From: the human T2T-CHM13v2.0 reference genome, Homo sapiens
Reading direction: 5' to 3' (one strand)
Assembly (NCBI RefSeq): GCF_009914755.1
Contig: NC_060925.1
DNA: 64,000 nucleotides
Below, piece after piece: positions 1 to 18,499 of this stretch (position 1 is the stretch's first letter; each line of letters begins with the position of its first letter). The notes under the pieces were generated by a model. It was given only the letters and a program-made list of their open reading frames with translations, did no database searches and was not told the origin of the DNA. Made by a program: the position numbers and the translations under genes.

Positions 1-1768
1 CCAAATCTAGTATAATTTGGTCTAGTTTGCACACTGGGCTCTCTTCATTTGTAAACTCAGCAATTCTCATGGTGAGGGAAGTTGTTTGCTTTCTTTGAGT
101 GGTGGTAGATGGGGAGAGTGTTTCAGGGGAAGTGACTCCTTTCTAGGCTTCACCCTTCATTTTTGACCCAGTAGGCTCAGGATGAGGCCTGGTAATCTGT
201 TTCATTTTGATTTGTAATCCATTCACGTCAGCTTGCCGTTCGCTATTTAAGAACCATTGCTCTCAAGCATGTTTCAGGGCAATACAGATTTGGTTTAGCT
301 TCAGTTTAAGTGACGAACAAAGTCCACTTTAAGTAATTCATCTTTTATTTTCTAGAGCTGCTGTGCTTACCTCTGCTAAAAGCTGCGAGACATACTGCTT
401 TAACCTACAAAAGCTTCTCCGAAACAGAAGTGTATATTTTTGTGCCAATATTTTTCTTACCAGCTGTGCTTTCTTCCAGGGAGATCGTGCTTTGCCACTA
501 AATGAGCCTGTGTGCAAAAATACTCTCTGCCAAGTAGAACCTTGCTGTTTCATATTCATCAGCTAATTTATTCCTGTGACCACCTTTTGCAGTATGCCTA
601 TTTTACAGATTTTTTTAAAAAGCAAATTTAAGAAAGGAAATAACTTTCTCAAGTTTATGCAGCTGATACACACTGGAGGTTGAGTTTCAAATTAGGTCTG
701 CCTGATGCTAAATTATTTTCCTTTGACTTTTCTCTGTCTTCATTTTCTCTCCTGCCTTATCCGTTGCCCACGTGTTAAGTCCCATCGTGTTACCCACAAG
801 CATACCTTAGTCTTATTCCTGGCTCTTAGTATTGAGGAAGTTGTCAACTTTGGCATTAGGTAGGTTTTAAACTGGATGTTCTGTTCATGTATGAATTTTA
901 TGAATAATTCATTGGTTTGGTGCCCACTAAAAGGACCAACAAGATTATTTTCTGGTAATTGCAAGTTTCATTGTGAAGGTTACACATAAATTTTTTCTAC
1001 TCCTTATTCATTCATCCAATAGTTTAATGCCTGTGTTTTATTGTCAAGGTCGATTTATTTGCCAGGAATATGAGGTCTCTGCTTGAAAAGAAAATAGTTT
1101 TGTTATCTTTTTTTTTCCAGATCTGGTCATAATCCCTAGCAAAGATATACTGGTTAATGTTACCAATAGGGTAAAGGTCAATGAAAAGCAGTAAAACAGT
1201 ATTTGTCAATGTTTTATGAATTTAAGTGGACTTAACTGTAGAGAAACTATTAAAAATCATAGTCTTCTCCTCTGTACTAGGCTTCCTATTCTAAAATAGG
1301 GCTCATTTTTAAAACTTCTGACCATTCAGTAAATAATTTTGTGATCAACTATGTATGCATAGGGCATCGTGCTGAGGAAAATCCAAGTTAGACTACAAGA
1401 CATGACTCCTACACTCTGTAAGAACTATCATCCATTTTCAGAAAGAAAAATTTATGTAATGATAATGATAACCAAGGAATTATAACTAGCGGATAAAGTG
1501 AAAGTTCAGATGTCAAAGTAAACAGAGACTTCTTTGAGTTGATGTAATTCCTGAGAAAAAAATCATTTTACTATATAATAGAGATTATATAACAACTTTA
1601 ATTTTCATCACAAGAGAAAATACTAAGTTATGTGCTTGAACAAGTTTTTTGCTGCTGTTCTCTGGCGAAAAGATCAAAGAACATTTGAATCTCTTCCAGC
1701 ACCTCAGAGGTCAAGCCAACAAAACTAGCTTACAAATATACTAGGTCTCCTATAAACAAATATATGCT

Positions 1769-3946
1769 GCTTTTCTCCAACATGGCCGAGCCCAGGAGAG
1801 GTGGTGTGCAAGTATCCATGACGGCTGTCTGGCACTAGAGTGGAGAGGGTAGCGAAGAACAAAGCACTTGCAGGGTGAGAATCTGAATCCGGCCTGAGCT
1901 GAAGAGGAGAGGCTTGTTGTTGCCAGTGTTGGTTTAGGTAATGGTGTGAGTAGAAACCAACTGCTACTGGTTTTAGAGAAATGTGGACTGGTGGATGCTC
2001 TCTTAATGCCACCTTACAAGCCCTACTCATTTGAAAGATACAAAACTACAGAAGAATCTAAGAGAGCCTATGTTACTCTCAATGGGAAAGAAATAGTGGA
2101 TGATTTAGGACAAAAGATGATTCTGTATTTGAATTTTGTGGAAAAAGCACAATGGAAGGAGTTGGGGCCTCAAGCCTTACCACTAGTCCTCATAGTAGTA
2201 GAAGAAATAATTTCTACTGAGGATGAGAAAATTCTTTTGGAAAGTGTTGATCAAACAAAAGATACAGACCATCAAAATTTTCAAAAATGCTTAAAACACA
2301 GAAGAGTAAAGCATTTTGGTTATGAGTTCCACTGTGAGAAAAACAATGTAGATAAAGATAAGCATTTGCCTAGGGGTCTTCTTGATGTTTGTGATAGCTT
2401 TTTGGAGAAATGGTTGAGGGAGGGTTACATTAAACATAAACCTGAACAATTGACCATAAATCAATATGAACCTGGGCATGACTGTCATGGATTTTAAGTA
2501 CCCAGATGGTATCACAGTGCCAGTTATTTTGCCTTGTTTGAGTTGGCTGGTGATGACAGGAGAATCTAGATACCTTTGGGCCCATGGGTTACCCTTTGGC
2601 TTGTGATAGCCAGAGGAAAGAGACTCCTCCCTCCTTTCCAGAGAGTGATAAAGAAGCCTGACAACTAGAGCAAGAGTACATCCATCAAGTTTATTAATAG
2701 ATTGCTGGGCACTTCAGCAGCATGAGATATACAGCTTGGCCACACATCATTGAGTTTTTGAAGGCTTTGCCAAGTGGCTTAATAGTGGCTGATACTGGAT
2801 GTGGTAATGGAAAGCACCTTGGCATCAATAAGGAGTTAGATGTGATTGGTTGTGATCAGAGTCAAAACCTTGTGGACATTTGTAGAGTGAGACAATTCCA
2901 GGCTTTTGTTTGTGATGCATTGGCAGTACCAGTCCACAGTGGGTTTGGTATGCCTGACTCTCCATTGCTGTTATTCCCCATTTTGCAACAGCAGAACATA
3001 GAATGACAGCTCTTCAAGAACATGTTGGACTCCTGAAACCTGGTGGGAAGGCACTCATTTATGTCTGGGCAATGCAACAAGAATATATTATAATAAACAG
3101 AAGTCCAAGTAGCTTACAGGAAACAGAACTAGCCAAGGAAAGAGAGAGGAGATAAGCAGTGACACCTCAGTGCAGGGGATGGTTGTGAAGCAAATGCCTG
3201 ATGTGGGCAGTCAAGACTCAGCATCTTCTGTCTCCTCCATTAATGACTCTTAGGAGGGAGGATATAATTCAAGGCAAGTTACTAATTCCAAGCTTCCTAT
3301 TCATATTAACAGGACTTCTTTTTGTTCTCGGGATGTACTGGTCCCCTGGTACCTTAGGGGAAACCCTGATAAAGACAAACCTGTTGAGCAATTTGGTCCC
3401 ATATGATCCTATGACCCAAGTTCCATGTTTCATCATTACTTATGTGTTCTTTGAGGGAGAATAGGAAGTTGCCTGCAGGACTGTGAGTGATTTCAGCATT
3501 CTGCAAAGCTACTACGATCAAGGAAATGTGTGTGTGATTCTTCAAAAGGTCTGATTATTTACCTGAACATATCATGTATAAAAAAGAAATGCTCATTTTG
3601 TTTCAAAAAAAGGAGAATAATTATCATTTTAATTAAAGAGAAAACTAAGAAACTACCAAAAGAGGGCTCTTGAGAAAAATTTGGAAGTAGAGATTCATTA
3701 GGAGACATTCAGTCAGCTACTGTTGGCTGACCTCATAGATGTAGTCTCCTACAACTTCCCTACAAGAGATGGCTTCTAAAAGCAATTAAAGTAATTTGTG
3801 CAGTGCTTGTAATTCTTGGGTAAGAGCCCACCATTTTGAAGATAACCTTTTGTTATAAAGTGTTACTGAATGTACTAAATCATGTAGGATCTTAGTGAAG
3901 TAATTCTACCACATTTTAATAAAGGAAATATTTCTGGTTAATAAAA
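1769..3946 (+). pseudogene. Processed pseudogene (retrocopy) of ALKBH8, tRNA wobble-U methyltransferase/hydroxylase
   Basis: Intronless translation matches ALKBH8: [35 protein letters not shown], MTase [13 protein letters not shown]-terminal ILQKV* (TGA 3552-3554). Multiple stops and frameshifts. AATAAA 3918-3923, A-rich tail, exact 15-bp TSD AAACAAATATATGCT at 1754-1768 and 3947-3961. Confidence 0.93.
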
Positions 3947-4057
3947 AAACAAATATATGCTAATCTTCAAATTAACTTGACTAATCTATTTATAAAAGCT
4001 ATACTATTCATCACTATAACATTTTTTATTGTAATATGTAACATTTTCATAAACTTT

Positions 4058-4234
4058 AATGCAGACATGAATATCATGCTAACATCAGTCAATAGGGTGC
4101 CTGTTTTGCAGCTTCTCTTGCCTTCCTGTGTGTTCCTCGGTGGCCTATCAGTCTCAGGTGCAGTATGTGGACTCTAAGAATGAAATGATCAGATTCTCTG
4201 GCATGAAACTCAAACTACTGTCCTTATTTCTCAT
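4058..4234. repeat. Copy 1 of a ~177-bp local duplication (other copy 5830-6005)
   Basis: Colinear by eye, roughly 80% identity, e.g. AATGCAGACATGA...GAATGAAATG.TCAGATTCTCTGG..TGAAACTCAAACTACTGTCC. Confidence 0.9.
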
Positions 4235-4273
4235 TTTTTAATTGTAGTGTCTAAGTGGCTTCTGTGTTACTTA

Positions 4274-4469
<196 letters not shown>

Positions 4470-5081
4470 CTTGCTGAGGGGGTCCTAAATTTTAAATATA
4501 TACCACTGTTGTCAGACACTTAGGAGTGGAACTGGAAAACTGGCAACGAAGGAGATCACTGGAATAAGTTACAGAGAACATCTGTCACTAATACTTAGAA
4601 CATTATCTGGAATATAATAGACACTCATTTACTAGATTAAAAAATGAAAAGTGTATATGAATGCAGCTTAATGTGCCAATGAAAGGCATCATGTGCATTC
4701 TCCTTAGTTATAAGTTCCAACCAGCTGCCCTTCATTTTACATATTTTCTATTTTGGCTATTTAATATGCCACGCAACTCAGCATGCTGGACAGTGCACGT
4801 GTGTCTGACTTGTAACTAGTCAGCTACAACTACAAGTTGAATTAGTTAATTAACCTCTTTCACATTTTTAGGTCTAAAAACAAAATAGGTGTGTTGATCT
4901 ATAAGTGGGTCTTGATGGCAGAAATACTTCCCCATAGTGGCATCTGGAAATATATAGGGGTAGTCTTTTCTTTTTCTATGCCTAGTAGTTTTCACTGGCA
5001 TTTATTGACTTAGATACTAGGTAAGCTAAATACCCTGCAATCTTAAGGATGATCTCACACAATGAAAAATTGCCCTGCCCA

Positions 5082-5728
<647 letters not shown>

Positions 5729-5829
5729 TTATAGTGAGATCGTTCATAAATTTAATCCTTAAAGTTCTTTCAAGTTCTAAAATTACATGATTCTAAGTGG
5801 AAAGTACATTTTGAAAATTATTGTTTTAC

Positions 5830-6005
5830 AATGCAGACATGAGTATCAGGCTAACATCAGCCAATAGGGTTTCTGTTTTCTTCCTCTTTTGCGTTCTTGC
5901 GTGTTCCTGGCTGGCCCATTACTTTCAGGTGCAATATGTGGGCTCTATGAATGAAATGGTCAGATTCTCTGGTGTGAAACTCAAACTACTGTCCCCATTC
6001 CTCAT
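5830..6005. repeat. Copy 2 of the ~177-bp local duplication
   Basis: Aligns with 4058-4234. Contains AGCCAATAG (CCAAT 5861-5865). Confidence 0.9.
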
Positions 6006-7094
6006 GCATCCAAAACTAGCCTGGAAAGTCTTTTTGGCCATTATACACCAACCCAGTTCCAGGTGATAGAATATGAGAAATGGAATGGAGCCTAAAAGGC
6101 TATCTTGTCCCCTCACCTCTACTGCCCCAAAATTACCAAAGCAACCAACACAAGGGTTCTTTCTCTAATGAGCGATGAAAGTGATCTTTCTTATTCCATA
6201 AGGCTCCTGCTCTGGAAGGCTCTGGTAATGGCGACCATTTTCCTGGTAACTTAGGGTTATTTGTAACTCCAGCAGCTGCCACAGAAGGCTCAGATGGGAA
6301 CTCAAAGTTGTAAGATAAGCTCTTCATTTATTTTCCTTAATCAGGGCTGTCTTGGTTTTCCTGCCCCTGGGGCAATAGTGGCAATGTGAGGAACAGAGAC
6401 CTTGCCCCTTTGTAAAGGAACAAGTGGAGTAACCACTCTGGACCTATCATTGGACCTGACTTTAACTCAGTGTTTCTCAACAGTGCAACCAAATGTCAAA
6501 AATCACAGACAAACATTGTTTGCACTTGCTTGTTAGTTCCAGGATTAAATAGACAGTCTTTTATTACCTAAGTTCTAAAATGTTTTGGTTTTATTTTTTC
6601 CCTATCATAATTTTTTAAATTTAGTTTTCCTATTTTATTTATTCTAAGCTCTTTCATCTACTCACATATGATGACCCCCAAAGGTAAAGCATACTAACCG
6701 CTTCTTATATATACATTCATATTTTTCTCCCTGATCAAAATCCATTACAGATCATATGAGTATGTCTATGTGTGTCTGTGTTCACATTTATACAGATTTT
6801 TAAAAATCAGCATTCATTTTTGAAATAAGGATCATATTATAAGCACTTTTTTGCATGTTGCTTTTTTCCTTTCTAGTACTTTAATGGGGTATTTCTCCAA
6901 GCTATCTGTTAGCTCTAATTTACAGAATAATTTATTCACTTCTCTAACAAAAAGCATTCATTCTATCTCATTTTTGATACTTTGAACAACACTGAAATAA
7001 ACTTTTTTATACAATTTGTTAAAGCATGCTTATATTTGTATTTTTATAAGATATATTCCCAAAAGTAAAATCACCTGATCAAACAGCATATATC

Positions 7095-7580
7095 TTTTTT
7101 CTAAAGAAAAACTGAAGACACTTTATTTTTATCATTATTGAAGTTAACAATTGACAAGCCCATTAGAGAAAACATTTTACATAATTTTACATCACTGACT
7201 TAGAGCCCACACATACATGACAAAGATAGCTAAAAACATATGAAAAAATATATCTTTGGAAATAAACACAGCATTCCTCTGGCTATGAAACTAAAAAAGT
7301 TTGAGACACTTTTTAAACTTGTAGCAGAAGATGCAACAGACTGTCAGCTTCATTTAGCACTGCCTGCACTAATTGTTGTTCACTCGATTCTTTACGAGAT
7401 ATTAGCTTCAGAATATGGACCCTAAAGAATCCACATCTTTGGAATGTTCCATCATAGCTTTGATGATCAAGTCTGAGTCTCCAAAAGCCACTCTCATTTT
7501 ATAGAAATCTTTCAACTGTTATGCATCATCAGACATGACAACAGGTGTCACAAGAGATATATGCCTTGCCTCCAGCAAAT
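7095..7580 (-). pseudogene. Probable 3' fragment of an unidentified processed pseudogene
   Basis: Minus strand reads as a disrupted coding-like frame ending at TGA (7350-7352), then ~250 nt of UTR, AATAAA (7122-7127) and an A-run (7095-7100). Confidence 0.5.
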
Positions 7581-8979
7581 CAATTAGAAGAAAACAAAAA
7601 TTTCTTTAAAATACAAAGAAAATATAGAGCAAGAGAACAGAATATAAGTCTTCCACTCATATCCTCCAACAGCAACAATAATCTAGCAACCATCCAGGGA
7701 TGAAAGTTTCTTCTTAGCAGTTTTGTGATTTGGAGGGGACAACAGAGTAGAGAATGCCCACTCCCCCAACCAGAGCCTGGGCATTTGAGATTCTGAAGAT
7801 TTAAAAAGGGGCTCTGCAGAAAGCTGTGGCAAGCAAAGGATAGGCTAGAGAGAGACAGGACTAATAAATGTGTCGACTTCAGATACATTCTTGTGAAGGA
7901 CAGCAAAGAATAGGTGGCCTTTTCACCTCCTAGAGAGATAAAACATCGGAGGCCAAGGTAGAATTGGGTGTGTCCTGCCAATCTTTAAATGAATAAGGCT
8001 ATAGGAGTAGTATTGCTTCCTGAAGTAGTCACAATCTTTTCTTTGCATTATTTTAATTCTATTTATGTAGCATTAAAAACTGAAAAGAAGTTCTATGTAA
8101 AATGAGAGCAGAGAAAATCATGTTGTCTGAATTGCAGCCCTAGAAAATTTCATGAACCTATGACTTGTTTTTAATTTTTATCTACAAGTCACATTTGCTC
8201 ATTTTTAACTACATGCCACATTTTATATGTACCTATGTATACATGTATTTATGTGTACATACCCTTTAATCCTCTAATCCTTGTTAAAAAAAAAATAGCC
8301 AGACAGGAATTAATAGTGTAGTTATCCCTATTTTATTAATGAGTAAATCAACGATTGGAAAGGTTAAGTGATTTGCCCAAGGCCACAGAGCTATAGAAGT
8401 GATTTGGAATCTCTCATACTCACACTTCAGAGATGAAGATTACTGTCTTCAAAAGGCATGAAGGGTAATTCCTCAAAATTAGACATATACCAGTTTACAC
8501 TAAGTATCACTTGCTTAATGAAGGAGTTAACTAGACAAAATGAGTGAGATGTTATAATTCTAAGTGACATCAAAATATAGTTGATAGGAAAACTTTTTTT
8601 GAAATTCTACTATATTTCATGACTGGGAGTTAGGTGCAGTTTATTTTGTCTAACTGCCAACATAATTTTACCTGGTACTAATTTTACCTGGTTCCTGGTA
8701 CTAATAGATCAATTTGTGGAATTTTGATCTTTTCTGTGACCACACACTGTACTCAGAAACAAGTAAATATAAGCTTGAGAAATACAGGCCTTTGACCCCA
8801 AAATTCCAAGACAGGACATGAAAAGAGAGAGCAGAGAAAAGTCATCCTCCTTATTGGGCTATCTCAATTAAGTAGCTAAGTTTCTACAGTATTTGGAGGA
8901 CTACTATGAGCTACCCACAAAAGAACTAGGAATAAGGAAAACAAGGTAAACTTTCAAATAACACATAATAAAATGGAGT

Positions 8980-9229
8980 ACAGAACTGCAAAGTCACCTG
9001 GGAGAAACTACTTGACTCCCAGGCCAAGGGTCCAAGAGTATAACCAGCAGCTTGTGTTTACCATAATCAAAGGAAAAGTAGAAACTGGGTGGCCATGGGA
9101 GACTGGCCTACAGTCCCATCCATCACAGAGGGTTGGCGTGTGCTCACCCATTCAAGGACCAATAAATGAGTATCTCTTTAAGAGCAGCTCCTCCCATTTT
9201 TCAACAATCTTCCTAATATGTAGGCTCAC

Positions 9230-9230
<1 letters not shown>
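8980..9230 (+). promoter_or_regulatory. FMO3: FMO3 proximal promoter
   Basis: Immediately 5' of exon 1. DR1-like AGGCCA-A-GGGTCC 9021-9033, CAAAGTCA 8989-8996, TGGCGTG 9134-9140, CCAAT 9159-9163, YY1-like CCATTTT ~9195. Confidence 0.6.
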
Positions 9231-9590
<360 letters not shown>

Positions 9591-9950
9591 ATAAAAGGTG
9601 ATATAGTAAAGGGTTGAGGGTGGGATGGGTAAATGAAGAAGGAGCATGCTGTAGTTTTATACCAAATATGGCTAGAATGAGAATGATATAATTCAGGCAG
9701 TTTGTTTGTTTCTGGGAATCACGGATCATGATGTTTAATCATCCAAGTCTATTTCCCTGCATAGCTATGTGATTTTGTCTAAAAAGAAAAAAAAAAGTAG
9801 TGAAAGAAGTAGTGGTAGAGCCTAAAGACAGTGTCAGGAACAGAAAAAAGTTAGGAAACGTAATTTTCTTAGAGGGGAATGGACGCTGAAGGTAGTGGGA
9901 AAAAATTGTTTTTAGGTAAGAACATGACTTCTTTCCCCAACACCCCCCGG

Positions 9951-10096
9951 AGAGAAGGTCTCACTCTGTCACCTAGGCTACAGTGCAGTGCTGTAACCAT
10001 AGCTCACTGCAGCCTCAAACTCCTGGGCTCAAGCGATACCCCAGCTCAACAGGACTATATAATCCCAGAGTAGCTGGGACTATAGGTATGCACCAT
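9951..10096 (-). mobile_element. Old Alu monomer (FLAM/FRAM/AluJ arm)
   Basis: GGTCTCACTCTGTCACC...AACTCCTGGGCTCAAGC. Confidence 0.8.
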
Positions 10097-10233
10097 TTAC
10101 TTGTCTTTTTAATTGAGAAGGTGAAGTACATTATTGATGGGGAGAAGGGGTGACTACCTGGCACACTGAAATACAGACATCTTCAGACCTTGTTCCTCAT
10201 TATCCGTATCTAAGTAAAAAGAAGATACAGATT

Positions 10234-10290
10234 GCGTGTGTGTGTGTGTGTGTGTATGACTGTGTGTGTGTATACATATACATATGTGTT
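10234..10290. repeat. (TG)n/(TA)n microsatellite
   Basis: Direct inspection. Confidence 0.9.
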
Positions 10291-10569
10291 TCTTCATTCC
10301 CATATACAGGCATATGTATGTGGGTGGGTGGGTGGATGTGTCTACAGGTGTTTTAGTTGCGAATCTTTATTTCTTCTGCTTACTCTTTTTGGTAGACAGT
10401 AAATGACAAAGTCCAAAAGCAAAAAAGATAAATATGTATGCTGGGTCATCAGTCTCTTAATTTTGGAGAGCTGATGACTAAAAACAAAGTGCTTATTTTT
10501 TTTTCAGAAGAAAACTTTCTCTTTAGAAATTAGAGAGAAATGAAAATGTAGTTAGATCACTAAAAGGAA

Positions 10570-10873
10570 TTTGTTTTCTAGAGACAAGGTCTTACTCTGT
10601 CACCCAGGCTGGAGTGCAGTGGTACAATCACGGCTCACTGCAGCCTGGAACTCCTGAACTCAAGTGATCCTACCGCCTCAGCCTCCTGAGTAGCTGGGAG
10701 TACAGGCATGTGCCACCACACCCAGCTGATTTTGTTTGTTTTTTGTTTTGTTTTGTGGAGACAGGGTCTCACTCTGTTGTCCAGGCTGCTTTCAAACTCC
10801 TGGGCTCAAGTGATCCTCCCACCTCAGCCTCCCAAAGTGCTGGGATTACAGGCGTGAGCTACCATACTCAGCC
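10570..10873 (-). mobile_element. AluJ
   Basis: Antisense Alu dimer with AluJ-type CTCCTGGGCTCAAG. Confidence 0.88.
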
Positions 10874-10935
10874 AGTGTTTATTAAAAAGTAAAGTTTTTA
10901 TTAAGCCAAAGAGCGAAATCAAAATAAATAGATAA

Positions 10936-11151
<216 letters not shown>

Positions 11152-11467
11152 TAATAGACAGGAAAATAGGTTGGGAAGTGTATAAGAGCACACTGTGTGC
11201 ACACAGGTTTCCAAACCTGCTACCATGGCAGTTATCATATCTGTTAGAATTGGAATCCACTAAGTACAGTGTCAAGAGCAGGTTGGAAAGTAACCTCCTT
11301 GCAAGTCAGAAGTAAATTAGACAATGGGCTTTGAAATTCTCCATTACAGTTCTCCCTTGATAGATCATTAATAAGAGCCACTTGGACATAAAATTAGTGG
11401 TAAATATTAGTTAGGTTTATGTAGTTATAATTATTTACTCATTTAAAACACAATAACTTTTCACATC

Positions 11468-13520
<2,053 letters not shown>

Positions 13521-14074
13521 GCTTTTCCCATTCATTTGGTGAGGCTACCAAAGTGATTGGGACCATGGATTTTAAAGTTTCAGGTGCTGACTTTGGTCTT
13601 GTGAAACTACAAAACTGAGAATTGCTTTGAAGTTCTTCAATGCCCCTTTGTCCCGTGCATATGTAATAAGGGTTCTATTAGCAGACATGCATGTATGCAC
13701 TCATTAAATCACTTCATGTGTTGCCAAACAGCAGCAGGAATGGGGCTTCCCTATGTTCTCCACTCAATCAGTACAGTCTTCCAGCCTTATTGCCTGAGTC
13801 TTATTTTTCTTCTTCTGATAAACCCATTAATATATATGCAAATTTAGGAAGATTAATGACCCTTTTAAGCCACTATTTCCTCCTCAAATGCAAAATCAGT
13901 ATTATATTATTTACCTCAATGAAAAGGTTGTATTTAATGAAACAGTGTCTGTAACAGCTGTTTAAATATTATAAAGACATGAGATATCATTCTTATTAAT
14001 ATAGATATTTTGCAGACTGCAAAAAACTCTTGAAACCACCCAGCATCTTTTCTTAAAAATATGGTATGTTTCTT

Positions 14075-15175
14075 TTATATATATCTATAATAATATAAAT
14101 ATATATTTAATATATATTTATATATTAAATATATAAAAAATATAAATATATATTTATATAACTATATAGATTAAATATATAAACATATAATTATATATAT
14201 AATATAAATATATATAAAATATAATTATATTATATATAATTATAATATGTATAAATATATATAATATAATTATATATATAATTATAACATATAATATAAT
14301 ATATATAATTATATATAATATATATTTATGTATTATAATTATATATTTATAATTATATAGATATATTTTATATATTTTTATATATTAATATACATATTAT
14401 ATATTAATATATAATATATATTATATATAAATATATAATATATATTATATATTAATATATAATATATATTAATATTTTTATATAATTAATTATTATATAT
14501 TAATAATATAGTAATTATTATATATTGATATTAATATATAATATATATAATTATATATAATATATTAATATATATTTATATCAATATAATATTTATATAT
14601 AAATACATAAAATATATTATTTCATACATATTATATAATTTTATATATATAAATATATATATTATATATCTATTATATATCATATATAATATTTATATAT
14701 AATATATAAAATATATAAATATATATAAATATATAAAAATATATATATTATAATTATATATATGTTATATATAATTACATATATATTATATATGTTATAT
14801 ATAATATATATTACATATTTTATATATTAAATATATATTAAATACATAATATATTTTATATATTAAATACATAATATACTTTATATATTAAATACATAAT
14901 ATACTTTATATATTAAATACATACTATACTTTATATATTAAATACATAATATACTTTATATATTAAATACATAATATACTTTATATATTAAATACATAAT
15001 ATACTTTATATATTAAATACATAATATATTTTATATTTAAAATATATATTTTATATTTAAAATATAATTAATATAATTATATAAAAATTAATATAATTAT
15101 ATTAAAAATATATATAATTAATATAATTATATTAAAAATATATAATTAATATAATTATATTAAAAATATATATAT
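14075..15175. repeat. AT-rich low-complexity tract including a 25-bp minisatellite (14831-15030, ~8 copies)
   Basis: Almost pure A/T. Unit TTATATATTAAATACATAATATACT. Confidence 0.95.
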
Positions 15176-17726
<2,551 letters not shown>

Positions 17727-18126
17727 TGAAACCCCCCAACATCTTATACAATGTTGTGGAGCCTACTGTATGTTATTAAAATGTGTTGACAGGGCTTCAG
17801 ATTAACACACTGGTGATTCTTAGGGCTTTTTGGTTGTTGTTATTTTTGTTTCTTTGTGGCCAAACTTAGGGCTATTTTATCAAGCACTTTCTATATGACA
17901 CATGACTTTTTCTATTTAATTAAATATTTATAGTAATCCTATAAGCTAGGTATATTTTTTTTCCTTTTACAAATGAATTTGAAGCTTTAAAAGAAAAGAA
18001 AAAAAATCATACAGCTGATAATGGTGGAGAAAAGATCCCAATTCAAGCTTGCCTTTCTCTCTAGTCTATTCTTAACTCCTTTGTAAATTGCTGGTTGCCA
18101 TTTCACCAAGTGGCCTATCGAGCTGA

Positions 18127-18462
<336 letters not shown>

Positions 18463-18499
18463 AGCCATATCTTATACACAGTGATCTTAACCAAAGCCT

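Noticed and set aside
1946-3006. ORFs 1946-2497 and 2722-3006 as functional genes
   Set aside because: Fragments of the ALKBH8 retrocopy, with a GTG start, internal stops (e.g. TAATAG ~2695-2700) and frameshifts.
14831-15030. Regular repeat array as CRISPR-like
   Set aside because: Head-to-tail units with no spacers, in a eukaryotic context with no cas genes.
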